A stretch of DNA of 48,151 bases from a virus (lineage: Duplodnaviria > Caudoviricetes). Position 1 is the first letter of the stretch, and each line of letters opens with the position of its first letter. A program made the translations under genes and the position numbers. The DNA is taken from positions 1 to 48,151 of IMG/VR virus record IMGVR_UViG_3300012232_000019; one strand, 5' to 3'. The notes beneath the pieces were generated by a model that worked only from the letters and a program-made list of their open reading frames with translations, was not told the origin of the DNA and did no database searches. Positions 25,539 to 35,966 of this stretch are shown here, one piece after another.

Positions 25539-27031
25539 TAGACTATCCCCCTAGCCTTCCAGCTGCACACAGCTGTGACTCGATTCCCGGTGCTGTCGAA
25601 CACGAACACCTTGAAGCCGAGTGGATTCGCAACGTCAATGAAGTCGTAAACCGCAGTCATAGGTTCGATTTGCTTCGTCGGCCCGAGCGTGATGGAGTCA
25701 ATGTCCTTGAAGGTCTTATTGAACAACACCTGCGTCCCGCCAACATCAGCAGCCAAAGCGGTCACGAATCCAGAATCAATGTCCCGTTTCACGTCCAGGA
25801 GTATTACCAAGTTCGAGAAGACTGCCAAAGCCTTCGCATTGTCCGACGTGAAGTCGAACGTAATCCTCGCGTAACGGAAGTGCTCAGCAAACGCCGACGC
25901 AGCAAGTATGGGTGGGTCCCAAGTGATTCCGTCAATAGAGAATTCAACCTTTGGGTGTGCGCTGACTGTCCCGAGAGTTGACAGCTGGTCCAGCACCCAG
26001 CTCAAGTTCAAGATGACGTTGTTGAAGACCGCTCCGTAGTCGATAACCTCCTGATACTTGGCCGTGAGAGCCATCGGTGCCAGGTAGATTGGATAACCTG
26101 CATCGACTTGATCAGAAGGCTGGTCCCAACCATCCTCCGTAAAGTGCGTTCCCCACTTGTCGTCAAGGTCTACGCAGACCAGAAGCTTACCAGTGTTGCT
26201 AGCGAACCAGACATAGTCCTGTGTCGCCCATCCGCCCGTATCGGTATAGTCCCAACCGAGGGCCGGAGAACCCCATATCAGGGCATTGACCCGCGTCCCA
26301 GCGAGAAGCGAGATACGATAGTCCTGCAGCTCGAAGTCTGGTGGCTGGTTTACCGCAGCCGTGACTGAAGCACGATTGCTACGATTGCCAGCGATGTCAA
26401 CAGCTTCAACAGCGTAGACATTCGTGCCTGCAAGGTTCTCAAACCAGACGAAGAAGTTCGAGTCAATGTGCCCGATTAGAGCGTCGTTTCGGTAGACGTC
26501 GTAGTAGTCAATCTCCCACGTTGAATCAGGCTCTGAGTAGCGCAGCAGGACGTTGTTGTCGATAACCTGCGCGGTAATCGAAATCGCTCCGATAGGCGGA
26601 ATCGTTACTACGATGGAGGCGATAGTCTCCGCATAGGTCCCGATACCATTCCTCGCTCTCACCAAGTAAGTGTGAGTCCCGACCAAAATTGGATCGAGCC
26701 GCACTTCCTCCTGATTGGTCGACGTGATGAAGGTTGCTGTTGACCACTCGCTTCCCTTACGAACTTCATACGACGCGGCGTTCGTTGCTCCCGACCAATA
26801 GATTCTGAGAATCCGTTGATTGAGAATTTCGTAGTTGATGGTAGTCGGCGACGTCGGGATAGCTGCAATCGTGCCAGGACCTTCGATCAGCTTTCGCACA
26901 ATCGGGTCTACTTCGGCTTGCAGCTCACCAATCGTCAGGACCATTGCCTGCAATATCTGATATAGCTTTGGGTCGGTATGCTGGTATCCTTCAACCAGCG
27001 ACGCGAATGTGGCGATTCGTTGGACAGCCAT
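25538..27031 (-). CDS. tail protein with fibronectin-III-like domains
   Basis: IYWSGATNAASYEVR...YLVRARNGIG and YDVYRN...YAVEAVDIAGNRS are FN3 signatures. The ATG at 27031 overlaps the upstream stop. Confidence 0.7.
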   Translation of the reverse strand: MAVQRIATFASLVEGYQHTDPKLYQILQAMVLTIGELQAEVDPIVRKLIEGPGTIAAIPTSPTTINYEILNQRILRIYWSGATNAASYEVRKGSEWSTATFITSTNQEEVRLDPILVGTHTYLVRARNGIGTYAETIASIVVTIPPIGAISITAQVIDNNVLLRYSEPDSTWEIDYYDVYRNDALIGHIDSNFFVWFENLAGTNVYAVEAVDIAGNRSNRASVTAAVNQPPDFELQDYRISLLAGTRVNALIWGSPALGWDYTDTGGWATQDYVWFASNTGKLLVCVDLDDKWGTHFTEDGWDQPSDQVDAGYPIYLAPMALTAKYQEVIDYGAVFNNVILNLSWVLDQLSTLGTVSAHPKVEFSIDGITWDPPILAASAFAEHFRYARITFDFTSDNAKALAVFSNLVILLDVKRDIDSGFVTALAADVGGTQVLFNKTFKDIDSITLGPTKQIEPMTAVYDFIDVANPLGFKVFVFDSTGNRVTAVCSWKARGIV

Positions 27032-28905
27032 TAGACGTTCACACGGCCAGTCCAAAGCATCGTCGCGTAGAGCTTGAATCGAGTAATGATGAAGTAGTCC
27101 TCGACTCCTTGCGTCTGCAACTTCACTGACGCACGTTCGTCTTGGAAGTTGAACATGCGCTCGAGTGTGCGGCCCGGCTGCAATGAAAGGCTGATACCAG
27201 CTGGTTGGATCGCGCGCGCACGGTCAAGACCAGTGACGGTGATGTTCAATGCGCCATGTCCGCGAGCACGAAGCTGGAGATGGCCGAATTGATAGATTAC
27301 AGGGTCAGTGGACGGTTCGTCAGCAGGCAACAGAGAACTCTCGATGAAGCTCTCGATTGCTACACCGAAGTCAGCCAGCTTGCTTGGATCGTAAACATAC
27401 ACGTGGTCCTGTATCGACCCGAAGCGAAACTGAGCACGCTTGGTTGCTGCGTTCAAGTCCACAGCGATAGTCGTCGGAGCCTTCGGGAATACCCACGTCG
27501 TCCAGCGGATATTCATCGGGTCAATTCCGTCTACCACGTTACCTACGAGGACATGGGAATTGGTCACCGCGTTGTCGAGGGGAACAGCGACGTAGATGAG
27601 CGATTTGATTGGGTCGTAGACAACCTCTACCTGGTTGAAGTGAACTCTGTTGATGCGGTTCCAGATGTCCTCAATCTTCCGACTCAGGTCGTTGTTCGAG
27701 AACGTCCCGTTGAAGAGGAAGAGAGCCGACCTGTCCGCACAGAAGAAGTTGTCGAGTGTTGCTCCATTCTGGTCCAGTATCTTGGCGACGCCGTGGCACT
27801 CCGTCCCGACTGACAGGTCTACGTTGTTCACCTGCCAGAAGACTGGACTGTCCTCGTTCTCGGAGGTGACGTAGCACTTGCCGCCACCCTTGAGGATGTA
27901 ATACTGCATCCGGAACTCGACACAGTTCTTGACTCCTCCGGCAGCATCTCCAGGGAAGGCAAGAATGAATCCTTCCGTAGCCGATATCGATTCGGGCTGG
28001 CCAGGCTGGGAGAAGTAGACAGCAGCTTCAGCCGTGTCCACACCCCACACCGCCATGCGGTTCTTGTAGACTCCGATGCCAACACCAGCAGGAATCTCGG
28101 TCAACTCATCAAGGATGTAGTCAGCACTACCCTGCAGGTCGGCGTCAAAGAAGTCCACCGTCAAAATCGTAGTGACGTTATCACCGATACGACCGTTCGG
28201 GATAATGAAGAACTCCTGATTCTCGAAGTCGCCTGCGTAATCAGTCGCGAGCTTCTTCGTTGCCAAGAGAACGCGCGCTACCGTCCCGACTGGCCCGAGC
28301 GGGATATTGCTGAGATTGACCTTCTTCACTCCCGGCGCATCGTAGAGAGTGAATGGCGATGGTCCAGGCTTCGTCAGGTGGCCTGAACTGGTTTCGTAAG
28401 AGACAGCGAAGAGGTGCTTGCCCTTCTCCACGCTACCATCAAACGACGCCGTAGCCGCCACAATCGGCGAGCCTGTCGGAGCAGCTCCAGCAGCGGGTCG
28501 TGCAATGCCGGAACCTTCATAGACATAGACCTTTTCTCCGGGAAGTCCACGAACCCCATTGTGAGGAGTGATGTAAGCACGGTTGTAGAGCGAGACCATG
28601 CTGAAATCACTCATCTCCACGATGGTGAGGATTGGAACAGCGAGGCTCGTGGTGTCCCAGAGTCTTCCTCCGCCGTCGAGAATGAGCAGACGATCAGCCT
28701 CACCGATCCTCTTGTAAGAGTGCATCCGGCGTATATCGGCGAGGTTGTAGGAAAGCTCGCTGCCCTTCCTAGTCGCTACGCCAAGTTCTGTATACACCAC
28801 ATTCAACGAGTCCAAGAAGTGATTGGGCGGACAGACGTCGTCCTCGCCCCGGTCAAACGTGCCCCGGAACTCGCTGACTGTGATGGGCTGATGGTCTCGC
28901 TGCAT
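27031..28905 (-). CDS. tail tubular/nozzle protein (P22 gp10 / T7 gp12-like)
   Basis: 624-aa beta-rich protein, YKNRMAVWG...VYFSQPGQPES, located after the adaptor gene. Confidence 0.6.
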   Translation of the reverse strand: MQRDHQPITVSEFRGTFDRGEDDVCPPNHFLDSLNVVYTELGVATRKGSELSYNLADIRRMHSYKRIGEADRLLILDGGGRLWDTTSLAVPILTIVEMSDFSMVSLYNRAYITPHNGVRGLPGEKVYVYEGSGIARPAAGAAPTGSPIVAATASFDGSVEKGKHLFAVSYETSSGHLTKPGPSPFTLYDAPGVKKVNLSNIPLGPVGTVARVLLATKKLATDYAGDFENQEFFIIPNGRIGDNVTTILTVDFFDADLQGSADYILDELTEIPAGVGIGVYKNRMAVWGVDTAEAAVYFSQPGQPESISATEGFILAFPGDAAGGVKNCVEFRMQYYILKGGGKCYVTSENEDSPVFWQVNNVDLSVGTECHGVAKILDQNGATLDNFFCADRSALFLFNGTFSNNDLSRKIEDIWNRINRVHFNQVEVVYDPIKSLIYVAVPLDNAVTNSHVLVGNVVDGIDPMNIRWTTWVFPKAPTTIAVDLNAATKRAQFRFGSIQDHVYVYDPSKLADFGVAIESFIESSLLPADEPSTDPVIYQFGHLQLRARGHGALNITVTGLDRARAIQPAGISLSLQPGRTLERMFNFQDERASVKLQTQGVEDYFIITRFKLYATMLWTGRVNV

Positions 28906-28908
28906 GAG

Positions 28909-29199
28909 CTACACCGCAGCGATGACGGGATACCACTTGTTCTGCGAGTCGCTGTATTGCAGCTTCTGCGCACGATTGACCACGAACACGACTGCGACTG
29001 CAATGTTGCCAGCCGCCGTGCAGGTGAGCGCGGCCAGAGGAATCAGCGTGACTTCCTGATTGCCGATGCCTCCCACCTTGGGCGTGATGTTGACAATCGC
29101 CACCGAGCCGGTGATGACGAGCGTATCCGCATCAGCTACGATGGTGGCTGCTGATGCAACAATCTTCTCCGAACGCTTGCTGACAATTCCGTTGAACAT
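28909..29199 (-). CDS. small structural protein
   Basis: Beta-rich 96-aa protein in the head-tail region; GGGAG RBS. Confidence 0.55.
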   Translation of the reverse strand: MFNGIVSKRSEKIVASAATIVADADTLVITGSVAIVNITPKVGGIGNQEVTLIPLAALTCTAAGNIAVAVVFVVNRAQKLQYSDSQNKWYPVIAAV

Positions 29200-29210
29200 C
29201 TGACTCTCCC

Positions 29211-29858
29211 TTAGTTAGGAACTCGGTAGCGAGTTCGTCGACGGCGAGCAGGCAACCCTTGGTTCTGTCGGATTGCTGTCACAATCAACCTATCCAAGGC
29301 CATCGAAGTGTCTGAATCGAGTTCCTCGGCACGCGTCGGATTCTCCCCGATGTAGCGCGCGCCAAGTGCAGCAGTTCGACAAGCGAGCGCCGACTTGCTG
29401 TTGGTGATGCCGATGAAGGAACCTACGCCGGTGAGTGCGCCGAGAGACTTGACGTAGCGAATCCGAATCTCCCGGTCTGACGTAGCTCCGCGGAAGTAAA
29501 CGACTTCTTCTCGCCACGTCCAGATACGCAGATGATTGGTCTGCGTTTCTTCAGGCTCCCACGAACGCTCGTCCATCTCGGTGAACTGTTCGGGAGTGCC
29601 GGGTGTCCGCTCCCACAAGGCGATGGGACGTAGCAAGTCTGCCGGTGGAGCAAGCAGAGCTACCGCGCCCGCTGGGACCAGTATGAGAGCGGACACATCG
29701 ACTGTCGTCTTCAGGCCGTGCAGGTTGTAGTAATCCTGCAGCTCCCTGTATGCCTTGTTGAGATAAGGCAGGAGAGAGTCAAAGGAGTAGAAGACAGCGC
29801 CGATGTCGTTCAGCAGCGCCTGAGCTTCTTCAACGACCTGCTGTGCAGTGTCAGCCAT
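29211..29858 (-). CDS. putative head-tail adaptor (tail tubular protein A-like)
   Basis: TAQQVVEEAQALLND...LLPYLNKAYRELQ is an adaptor-type N-terminus; gene order fits. Confidence 0.6.
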   Translation of the reverse strand: MADTAQQVVEEAQALLNDIGAVFYSFDSLLPYLNKAYRELQDYYNLHGLKTTVDVSALILVPAGAVALLAPPADLLRPIALWERTPGTPEQFTEMDERSWEPEETQTNHLRIWTWREEVVYFRGATSDREIRIRYVKSLGALTGVGSFIGITNSKSALACRTAALGARYIGENPTRAEELDSDTSMALDRLIVTAIRQNQGLPARRRRTRYRVPN

Positions 29859-29875
29859 TGTTCACCCGCTGAACT

Positions 29876-30499
29876 TTACGCGCGTGCGTAAGTCATCGAC
29901 TTGTGTCGTTCGGCGTCGAGCACGAAAGAGCAGTGAGAGCAGACGATGGCCTTTGGATTGACCTTCTCGAAACACGAGGGGCACTCCGACATGGCCATGA
30001 CAATCTCGTTGTCGAGCAGCCACGGACGTTCGAGCTTCAGCGCGTTGCAGGCGTAGCGCTGGATGTCCGAGATGGTCTTGTGCTGCCTGAACTTGTTCCA
30101 GTCGTCATCGGCGAGGCGGACCAGATTCTTGAACCAGAGAACCTGATGAGCCTGTGCCTCGACAAGCTGCACCGTGACGTCCTTGACCCCTTTGTGACCG
30201 GGCACCCAGAAGAATCCCGGCTTGGCGTCTGGCATGACCACGCCATACTGAGCTTCCATCCAGTCGACCACGATAGCGGCGGCGATGACGTCAGCTTCGA
30301 CGGGGACGCGAATCACCGAGCGTTCGGGACCGGCCTGTCCCCGACCCTCGCCGACGTAGATGTCGTTGAGTCCCTTGCCCACGAGCAGAATCGAAGGCTT
30401 CTCGTAGCTGCCAGCCTCCAGGAAGAACTCGGACGGGAGGATAGGCTTCTGCTCTCGAATGGTGCAGGGGACGATAGATACGAGCGTTGCCGATTCCAT
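29876..30499 (-). CDS. hypothetical protein with C-terminal zinc ribbon
   Basis: CPSC...CSHC; coupled to the upstream gene. Confidence 0.65.
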   Translation of the reverse strand: MESATLVSIVPCTIREQKPILPSEFFLEAGSYEKPSILLVGKGLNDIYVGEGRGQAGPERSVIRVPVEADVIAAAIVVDWMEAQYGVVMPDAKPGFFWVPGHKGVKDVTVQLVEAQAHQVLWFKNLVRLADDDWNKFRQHKTISDIQRYACNALKLERPWLLDNEIVMAMSECPSCFEKVNPKAIVCSHCSFVLDAERHKSMTYARA

Positions 30500-31029
30500 T
30501 AGTCAACCTTCCTTTTCGTCGAATCCAGAAACACGGAGTCTTCGTATGCAAAGAGAGGACTTCTCCCTACATCGTGGAGAATGTCAAGGAACTCCTCGAC
30601 TTCTCGTCTTTCCTCAGCCTCGATTTCGTCCTCCATCTGCGTCCGCATCGTTGCAGCATCTGGTGGTTCCTTGATGCGTTTGATGAAGAACTCGATGACC
30701 CTCATGTTCAGAGGCAGATGGAATCCCCGCTTGTCTTTGAACACGTAGATCGGCTCGTAACTAAAGTCTTCCGTCAACTCAGGATTCCCTATCGCCGACT
30801 GGATGCGCTCCAAGATCCAACGGTCCTGATCGTTGGGATACTTCAAGACAGTTCGAACCTCAGTGACACAACGGAGGAATATCTTTCCGTAGTAATCGCT
30901 AAAGGTTCCAAGTCTCTTTTCAGTCTCCCCAGTAGACCAGATGACTCGAAAGTTCGGCTTGCCAAAGAGAGACTCTCCCAGCTCGCGAGCCAGAAGGTCA
31001 TTCACCTGCTTGAGAAGTTTCGTATCCAT
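30499..31029 (-). CDS. hypothetical protein (176 aa; likely start MDTKLLKQ)
   Basis: The protein-like part of ORF 30499..31611 begins after the capsid gene stop. Confidence 0.65.
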   Translation of the reverse strand: MDTKLLKQVNDLLARELGESLFGKPNFRVIWSTGETEKRLGTFSDYYGKIFLRCVTEVRTVLKYPNDQDRWILERIQSAIGNPELTEDFSYEPIYVFKDKRGFHLPLNMRVIEFFIKRIKEPPDAATMRTQMEDEIEAEERREVEEFLDILHDVGRSPLFAYEDSVFLDSTKRKVD

Positions 31030-31082
31030 ATCGGTGCCTGATGAGGGGTGAAGTCCCGGCTCCACCCCCCACCCTACTCGGA

Positions 31083-32360
31083 CTAGTAGCCCGCTGGAAC
31101 GGCCAGCTGGTCGATGTAGACGCAAGCCGCCGGGTTGTTGACGAACAGGTTGAAGCTCGCCACGATGTAATACACCTGGCTTGCCGCAACGCCGCCCGAT
31201 GCGCCACGAATCTCGAAGACCTTCCGGCCGTCGACATCGTAGAACCCCGGAGACTTCATCTCGGCGCGGCCCCACACTTCCTTCACGATCATGTCGATTC
31301 GGGTCTTGTCCCACGAGTTCGACTTGCGGATGCCCACACCGGCCATCTGCATGTTGTCGTTGAAGTAGACGTTGAGGCCTTCCTCCTTCGCCTGCTTGTT
31401 GATGATGGAGACCAGCTGGCCATACTCTTCGTATGCCTGCACCTGGCAGGGATGCATCCAGGCTTCCATCTTCATCACGCTGTCGAAGCCAACGCGGTCG
31501 GACACCTTGTTGACTGCGAGACGAGGGAACGGAATCGCGAAGGCCGAGTTCGCCGCTGCGACACGGTTGGCCCTGATTTCGGGAATCAGTGCACGGTCCA
31601 TGCCGAGCCACGAGCCGACGCTCGCGTTGTTGTGGTGATACGGCACCCCGAGGAGGGACACCGGAGGCGTCGCGGTGAGGCCGGAGACGACCAGCTTGTC
31701 ACCAGCGATGGCAGGCGCTGCAACTGTCGCGTTGAAGCGAACCTGCTTGTTCGGACCATCGTAATACTCGATGGGACCCTCACCGTTGAGCGCGCCCAAC
31801 GTGGAGAAAGCCTTCCGAGTGGCCAGCGTCGCATCGTAGACGCTGTAGAAGTGCTTCTTCCGAAGCAGTCGCGCGCCGAACCCGTCGGTCGCCAGCGTGT
31901 AGGTGTCCTTGCCGCCTACGGTGCTGACCGCCGAGATGGTCGCCATCGTGCCTGTGCCGTTGGTCATGCACAGCGAATCCACCGCACGACGGAACTCCTT
32001 CATGGAGGTTGCCATCATGTGGCGGAACGTGTTGATGCGGGCCTTGCGGGCGTCGTCCGTTGCCCACTGAGCCTTGGTCTGCCACTCAACCGCGTGCTTC
32101 AGGTTGGTGGTTGACACGAGGGCCTTGTCGAACTCTGGGCCTTCACCGCGACCGAGGTCGCCGCCCGCTGGTTCGAAATGCCCAAACAAGCCACCGGGGG
32201 AAATCTCCAGGGGCACCCGCATGTCCCGAGCCGAGACCTTGTCGACCGGCCTCTTCTCGATTTGCGAGTAGAAGGTTGCTTCCCGCTCGAACAGAACGGG
32301 GACCTTCTCCTGGACGTTTTCCAGCTCGGTGGCGTTGACCTGCAGTTCAGTCTGCGCCAT
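31083..32360 (-). CDS. major capsid protein
   Basis: 425 aa, directly after the scaffold gene, strongly biased codons, C-terminal FNLFVNNPAACVYIDQL of HK97-fold type. Confidence 0.8.
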   Translation of the reverse strand: MAQTELQVNATELENVQEKVPVLFEREATFYSQIEKRPVDKVSARDMRVPLEISPGGLFGHFEPAGGDLGRGEGPEFDKALVSTTNLKHAVEWQTKAQWATDDARKARINTFRHMMATSMKEFRRAVDSLCMTNGTGTMATISAVSTVGGKDTYTLATDGFGARLLRKKHFYSVYDATLATRKAFSTLGALNGEGPIEYYDGPNKQVRFNATVAAPAIAGDKLVVSGLTATPPVSLLGVPYHHNNASVGSWLGMDRALIPEIRANRVAAANSAFAIPFPRLAVNKVSDRVGFDSVMKMEAWMHPCQVQAYEEYGQLVSIINKQAKEEGLNVYFNDNMQMAGVGIRKSNSWDKTRIDMIVKEVWGRAEMKSPGFYDVDGRKVFEIRGASGGVAASQVYYIVASFNLFVNNPAACVYIDQLAVPAGY

Positions 32361-32365
32361 GATTG

Positions 32366-33598
32366 TTACTTCCTCGTCGTGACCTTGCCAGCGAGAATGT
32401 CCTCGTCGGAGGTCTTGGACCAGTCGATCGTTCGCGGATTGATTCGACCCATCCTGTTACCTCCGGCGGCTCCACGCCCACCGGACGGAATGTCACGCTT
32501 CTGCCGTTGTTGTCCGTTCTTGGCCACCTTCTGACCAAGAGCCTCTGCCACCATCCGATTTCGGATGCCGGGAAGGAGCTGCTTTGCACGCGAGAGGTGC
32601 GCGTTGAGAATCGCCTCTTTGTGCTCCTTCGTAAACCCGCCGACGGTCGCGCGCTTCCACAGCTGGCGCAGTGTCTGGTTGAGTTGCTGATCCTCCCCCA
32701 ACCGTTCGTCGAGTTCGGCCAATGCCTCTTTCGCGATGGCCTTACGTGTGAACCCGTTCAGCTTGCTTTCCGGGTCGTTGATGCCCCGGTCTGCAATCCT
32801 CTCCAGACGAGTGTATGACTCGGTCGCGAGTTCGTAATTGAACGTGCCATACCGCTCGTTGAAGTGCCGGTTCCGTTCCTCCCTGAGCTGGACCTCCGCC
32901 GGATGAGGTCCCGATGATTGTGTCCGGGGCTCAGGTATCCTTGCCTCTCCGAAGACGTGCTTGGCGATGTGCCCAGCAGCATACATCAGATTCTTGTCGT
33001 TCAACCGCTTCCCATCGTTGTAGGTAATGCGGATGAGGTCTTCCAATACAGGCATCGTAGCCCGCACGTAGAGGTCCTTGCTCAACCTCTGGATGGCGGG
33101 CAAGAAGTTGTCCACCAGCAGGGGCACCGACTGTGGTGCGTTGCGCGCGAGCTGCTGGAACACCAGGCTCGGGTCGCCGTTCAAGAGACTCGCCTCGATG
33201 ACGTCGAAGTCCTCCGACTTGCGCGCCGCAACCTGAGCTTCCTCGACGGTCGCGAACGTCTCCGAGAACTTCTGCTCCCTGAAGAAGATGTCCTTCAGTC
33301 CCGGCACCTTCTTGAAGATTTCCGGGTCCGCCTTCTTCAGCTCTTGATAGGTGGGACGACCTTCGACGGCTGGGTCCGCACGAGGCTTTTCCTCATCGGT
33401 TTTCCCTTCGCCTTCAGGTGTTTCGTCCTCTTCTTCACCCTCATCCTCGTCACCTTCGTCCTCGTCCTCGGTGCCTTCGTCGTCGACTTCTCCGTCGTCA
33501 ACATCAGGCTCGTCTGCGGAGTCACTGGTGCCCTGGTCACCAGAATTGGCAGGGTCTCCGACGTCATTCAAGACGTCGAGGTCGGTATCGTCACTCAT
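32366..33598 (-). CDS. putative capsid scaffolding protein
   Basis: Very acidic disordered N-terminus and helical body; lies between portal and capsid genes. Confidence 0.7.
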   Translation of the reverse strand: MSDDTDLDVLNDVGDPANSGDQGTSDSADEPDVDDGEVDDEGTEDEDEGDEDEGEEEDETPEGEGKTDEEKPRADPAVEGRPTYQELKKADPEIFKKVPGLKDIFFREQKFSETFATVEEAQVAARKSEDFDVIEASLLNGDPSLVFQQLARNAPQSVPLLVDNFLPAIQRLSKDLYVRATMPVLEDLIRITYNDGKRLNDKNLMYAAGHIAKHVFGEARIPEPRTQSSGPHPAEVQLREERNRHFNERYGTFNYELATESYTRLERIADRGINDPESKLNGFTRKAIAKEALAELDERLGEDQQLNQTLRQLWKRATVGGFTKEHKEAILNAHLSRAKQLLPGIRNRMVAEALGQKVAKNGQQRQKRDIPSGGRGAAGGNRMGRINPRTIDWSKTSDEDILAGKVTTRK

Positions 33599-33607
33599 CT
33601 GTGTCTC

Positions 33608-35965
33608 CTACTGCGGCGGTTCCACGTCGCCTTCTTCGCCACCTGGTGCTTGAGCAGCTGCTTGCTGCTGTTGCATCATCTGCATTTGGACGATAGCAAC
33701 ATGCTCCATGTAATGAGCACGCACGTTCATCCACGCCGCCGGATTCGACTCCTTCGTATCCATCCCTACTGGCGACTTCAGCCAAGAAAGACAGATTTCC
33801 GATTCCACCTCGTGGCGGTCAACGTCTTGGTCAACCGGAACCGAGGACTGGAATTGCTCCTGGCCCGTCATCGGATCGATTCCCATTACTGTGGGCTGAC
33901 CCTGGATGAGCTGGGCAATCTCTATGAGCTGCTTGTTGCGGTCGTCGTCGCCGGGAATGTAGAGGTCTTCCATCCCGATGAGCTCAGCTACAAAGCTCGT
34001 GTTCTCGGGATGCATGAAGATGGCCCCAATCTGGGGGTCTTGCATCTGGATGAGTTGCAGGAGAACATCGCGCTTCTGTGCCCACGAGATTGGAAATGCC
34101 TCGGAAGTCTCTGGCTCGATCTCGCCCACCTTGCCCTGAAGTTCCGCTTTACGAATCCAAGTGTTGACAAAGCTTTGCCCCTGCTCCTTGACGAACTTCT
34201 CATCCTGAATCATGTTCTTGGCGAAGGACCTGACGGATTTGCTCATGACCTGGGACCACCAGATCTTGAGGACGGTCCACGTGCCAGACAGACGCTGGAG
34301 AGCCTGTGCGCGGCTCAGTTCGTATTCACGAGCAGTTCCGGAGCCGCCTTCAATAGCACCGCCATAGATAGTAGGAAAGGTGCCCACCACGAACTGTGCG
34401 TTCCCATCCAGACGGTCAGCGAACATCTCCACTTCCTGACTGAGCGACGCAGCCTTGATGTCATGGAAGCCTGCCGAGAGGTTCTGCCCTGAAGGAGCCT
34501 TCGCTTGATTAACCATGCCCGGTCTTGCTTCTGACTTGGAGTAATTCTCGAAGTCAAGAACAGATGGGTCAGCGAACGTTTCTGGTATGCCGAACTCGAC
34601 CGTCTCCAGCGTGATGTTTGCGAGTTCATTCGTCATGTCCTGAATCGGGACCAGAGATTGGCCCTCGGGTTCAGCATGGATATGCTCTGAGAACGGAGAC
34701 AGCGTAGCCGTCCAATGGTCGTCGAGCACGTCCGGGAGAATCTCGACAATCAGGTCGTTGTTGACGATGACAACGTAGCAGCCCTCGGGATACTCTTTCT
34801 TGAGGCGAAGGACAATTTCGTTCTTGGTGTCGCCCCACGCGTTGAACGCCCAAGGCCGATACCACATGCGAGCGACGGTTACGACGTTGTCCTGCCACTC
34901 GCCAGCGTATCGACGGTCGTTGCGCGCCCACCGCTCGATTTCGTCCGTGTCGTAGCTCGCCTTGATCAGATGGGCGAATTCAGGATAGGTCTCCTGGATG
35001 AGTCCAACAGGCTCCTCTGTTACGAAACGGAGGTAGGGAGTCTCGTCTAATTTGGAAATGTAGTGCGGGACCTCCACGTGCAGGGGTCCAAATACACGAA
35101 GGACTTCGCGACTCTTCGGCCGGTCGTTATAGCCGACAATCGTGTCAAACGTTTCTTCCTGGTCTTGGACTTCAGGAGGAGCGACGACCCCGCAGCTTTG
35201 GCACTGCTGCTCCGGAGGAGGCATTGCTGCCTTTGGGTCGATTGCTGGTTCTTCGCCTGCGGGTGCGCCGCACGCCGGACAGAAGTAAGTGCGATTGACA
35301 AGCGTTTCTTGACCAGGGATTGGCTCACGGAATGTGCCAAACTCCTTGCGGGTCTTGAGCTCGTTGTAGGCAAAGACGACTCCGGTGTTGAAGAGGAGGT
35401 AAAGGGCACGTAGAAAGAGAATCTCTGACTGATTGTGCCGCTGTATCAGCTCGGAGATTTTGGAGTAGGCCTTGGCTGTCTGGACGTCGCTGGCGTTATC
35501 CGCATCGTCAGGGAAGAATCTGACGTAAGGAATGCCCGCAGCAATCGCCGAAATCCACGCCTGTCCGTGGGCTTTGTAGATATTGATAACCTTTGCGATA
35601 GCTTGAACATCCGTGTCACCCTGTGGGTCCTCGAAGGCGACGTTCGTGCGGTCCTGATAGTCACGATAATCGCGTGCGATGGCATCCCAATAGATGTATT
35701 GCAGGTTGTTCCAGTAGCACTCCAGCTTCTTCAGGCGCTTGATGTAGGCTTCACGAACCGTCCGTTCCGGAATGGTCAGGTGGTCCTTGATTCGGAGGAG
35801 AGCGTCCGTAATCTCCTTCGGATAGATGTCCTCCGGGTTGACTTCCTGCTCCTCTTCCACGAGGGAAGTATCCTCCTGCGGAACGAGACCCATCTCGTCC
35901 GGGGGAAACATCTCCTCAGGTGGAAGCATCGCCGGGTCCATCTGGTCTTCAGTTGGAGGATACAT
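33608..35965 (-). CDS. portal protein (P22-like, with zinc-ribbon insertion)
   Basis: 785 aa, downstream of TerL; SLVPIQDMTNE and SGTARE segments, Gln-rich tail, CPAC/CQSC insertion. Confidence 0.75.
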   Translation of the reverse strand: MYPPTEDQMDPAMLPPEEMFPPDEMGLVPQEDTSLVEEEQEVNPEDIYPKEITDALLRIKDHLTIPERTVREAYIKRLKKLECYWNNLQYIYWDAIARDYRDYQDRTNVAFEDPQGDTDVQAIAKVINIYKAHGQAWISAIAAGIPYVRFFPDDADNASDVQTAKAYSKISELIQRHNQSEILFLRALYLLFNTGVVFAYNELKTRKEFGTFREPIPGQETLVNRTYFCPACGAPAGEEPAIDPKAAMPPPEQQCQSCGVVAPPEVQDQEETFDTIVGYNDRPKSREVLRVFGPLHVEVPHYISKLDETPYLRFVTEEPVGLIQETYPEFAHLIKASYDTDEIERWARNDRRYAGEWQDNVVTVARMWYRPWAFNAWGDTKNEIVLRLKKEYPEGCYVVIVNNDLIVEILPDVLDDHWTATLSPFSEHIHAEPEGQSLVPIQDMTNELANITLETVEFGIPETFADPSVLDFENYSKSEARPGMVNQAKAPSGQNLSAGFHDIKAASLSQEVEMFADRLDGNAQFVVGTFPTIYGGAIEGGSGTAREYELSRAQALQRLSGTWTVLKIWWSQVMSKSVRSFAKNMIQDEKFVKEQGQSFVNTWIRKAELQGKVGEIEPETSEAFPISWAQKRDVLLQLIQMQDPQIGAIFMHPENTSFVAELIGMEDLYIPGDDDRNKQLIEIAQLIQGQPTVMGIDPMTGQEQFQSSVPVDQDVDRHEVESEICLSWLKSPVGMDTKESNPAAWMNVRAHYMEHVAIVQMQMMQQQQAAAQAPGGEEGDVEPPQ

Positions 35966-35966
35966 G

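Noticed and set aside
30499-31611. Open -1 frame overlapping the capsid gene 3' end, suggesting a T7 10B-like frameshift extension
   Set aside because: No slippery heptamer is visible near the capsid stop. The overlapping translation looks like off-frame sequence from GC-biased codons, and the downstream gene has its own ATG at 31029.
32918-34492. Long + strand ORFs (also 31041..32114, 39431..40648, 37089..37946)
   Set aside because: These are antisense shadows of strongly codon-biased - strand structural genes, with no RBS or motifs.
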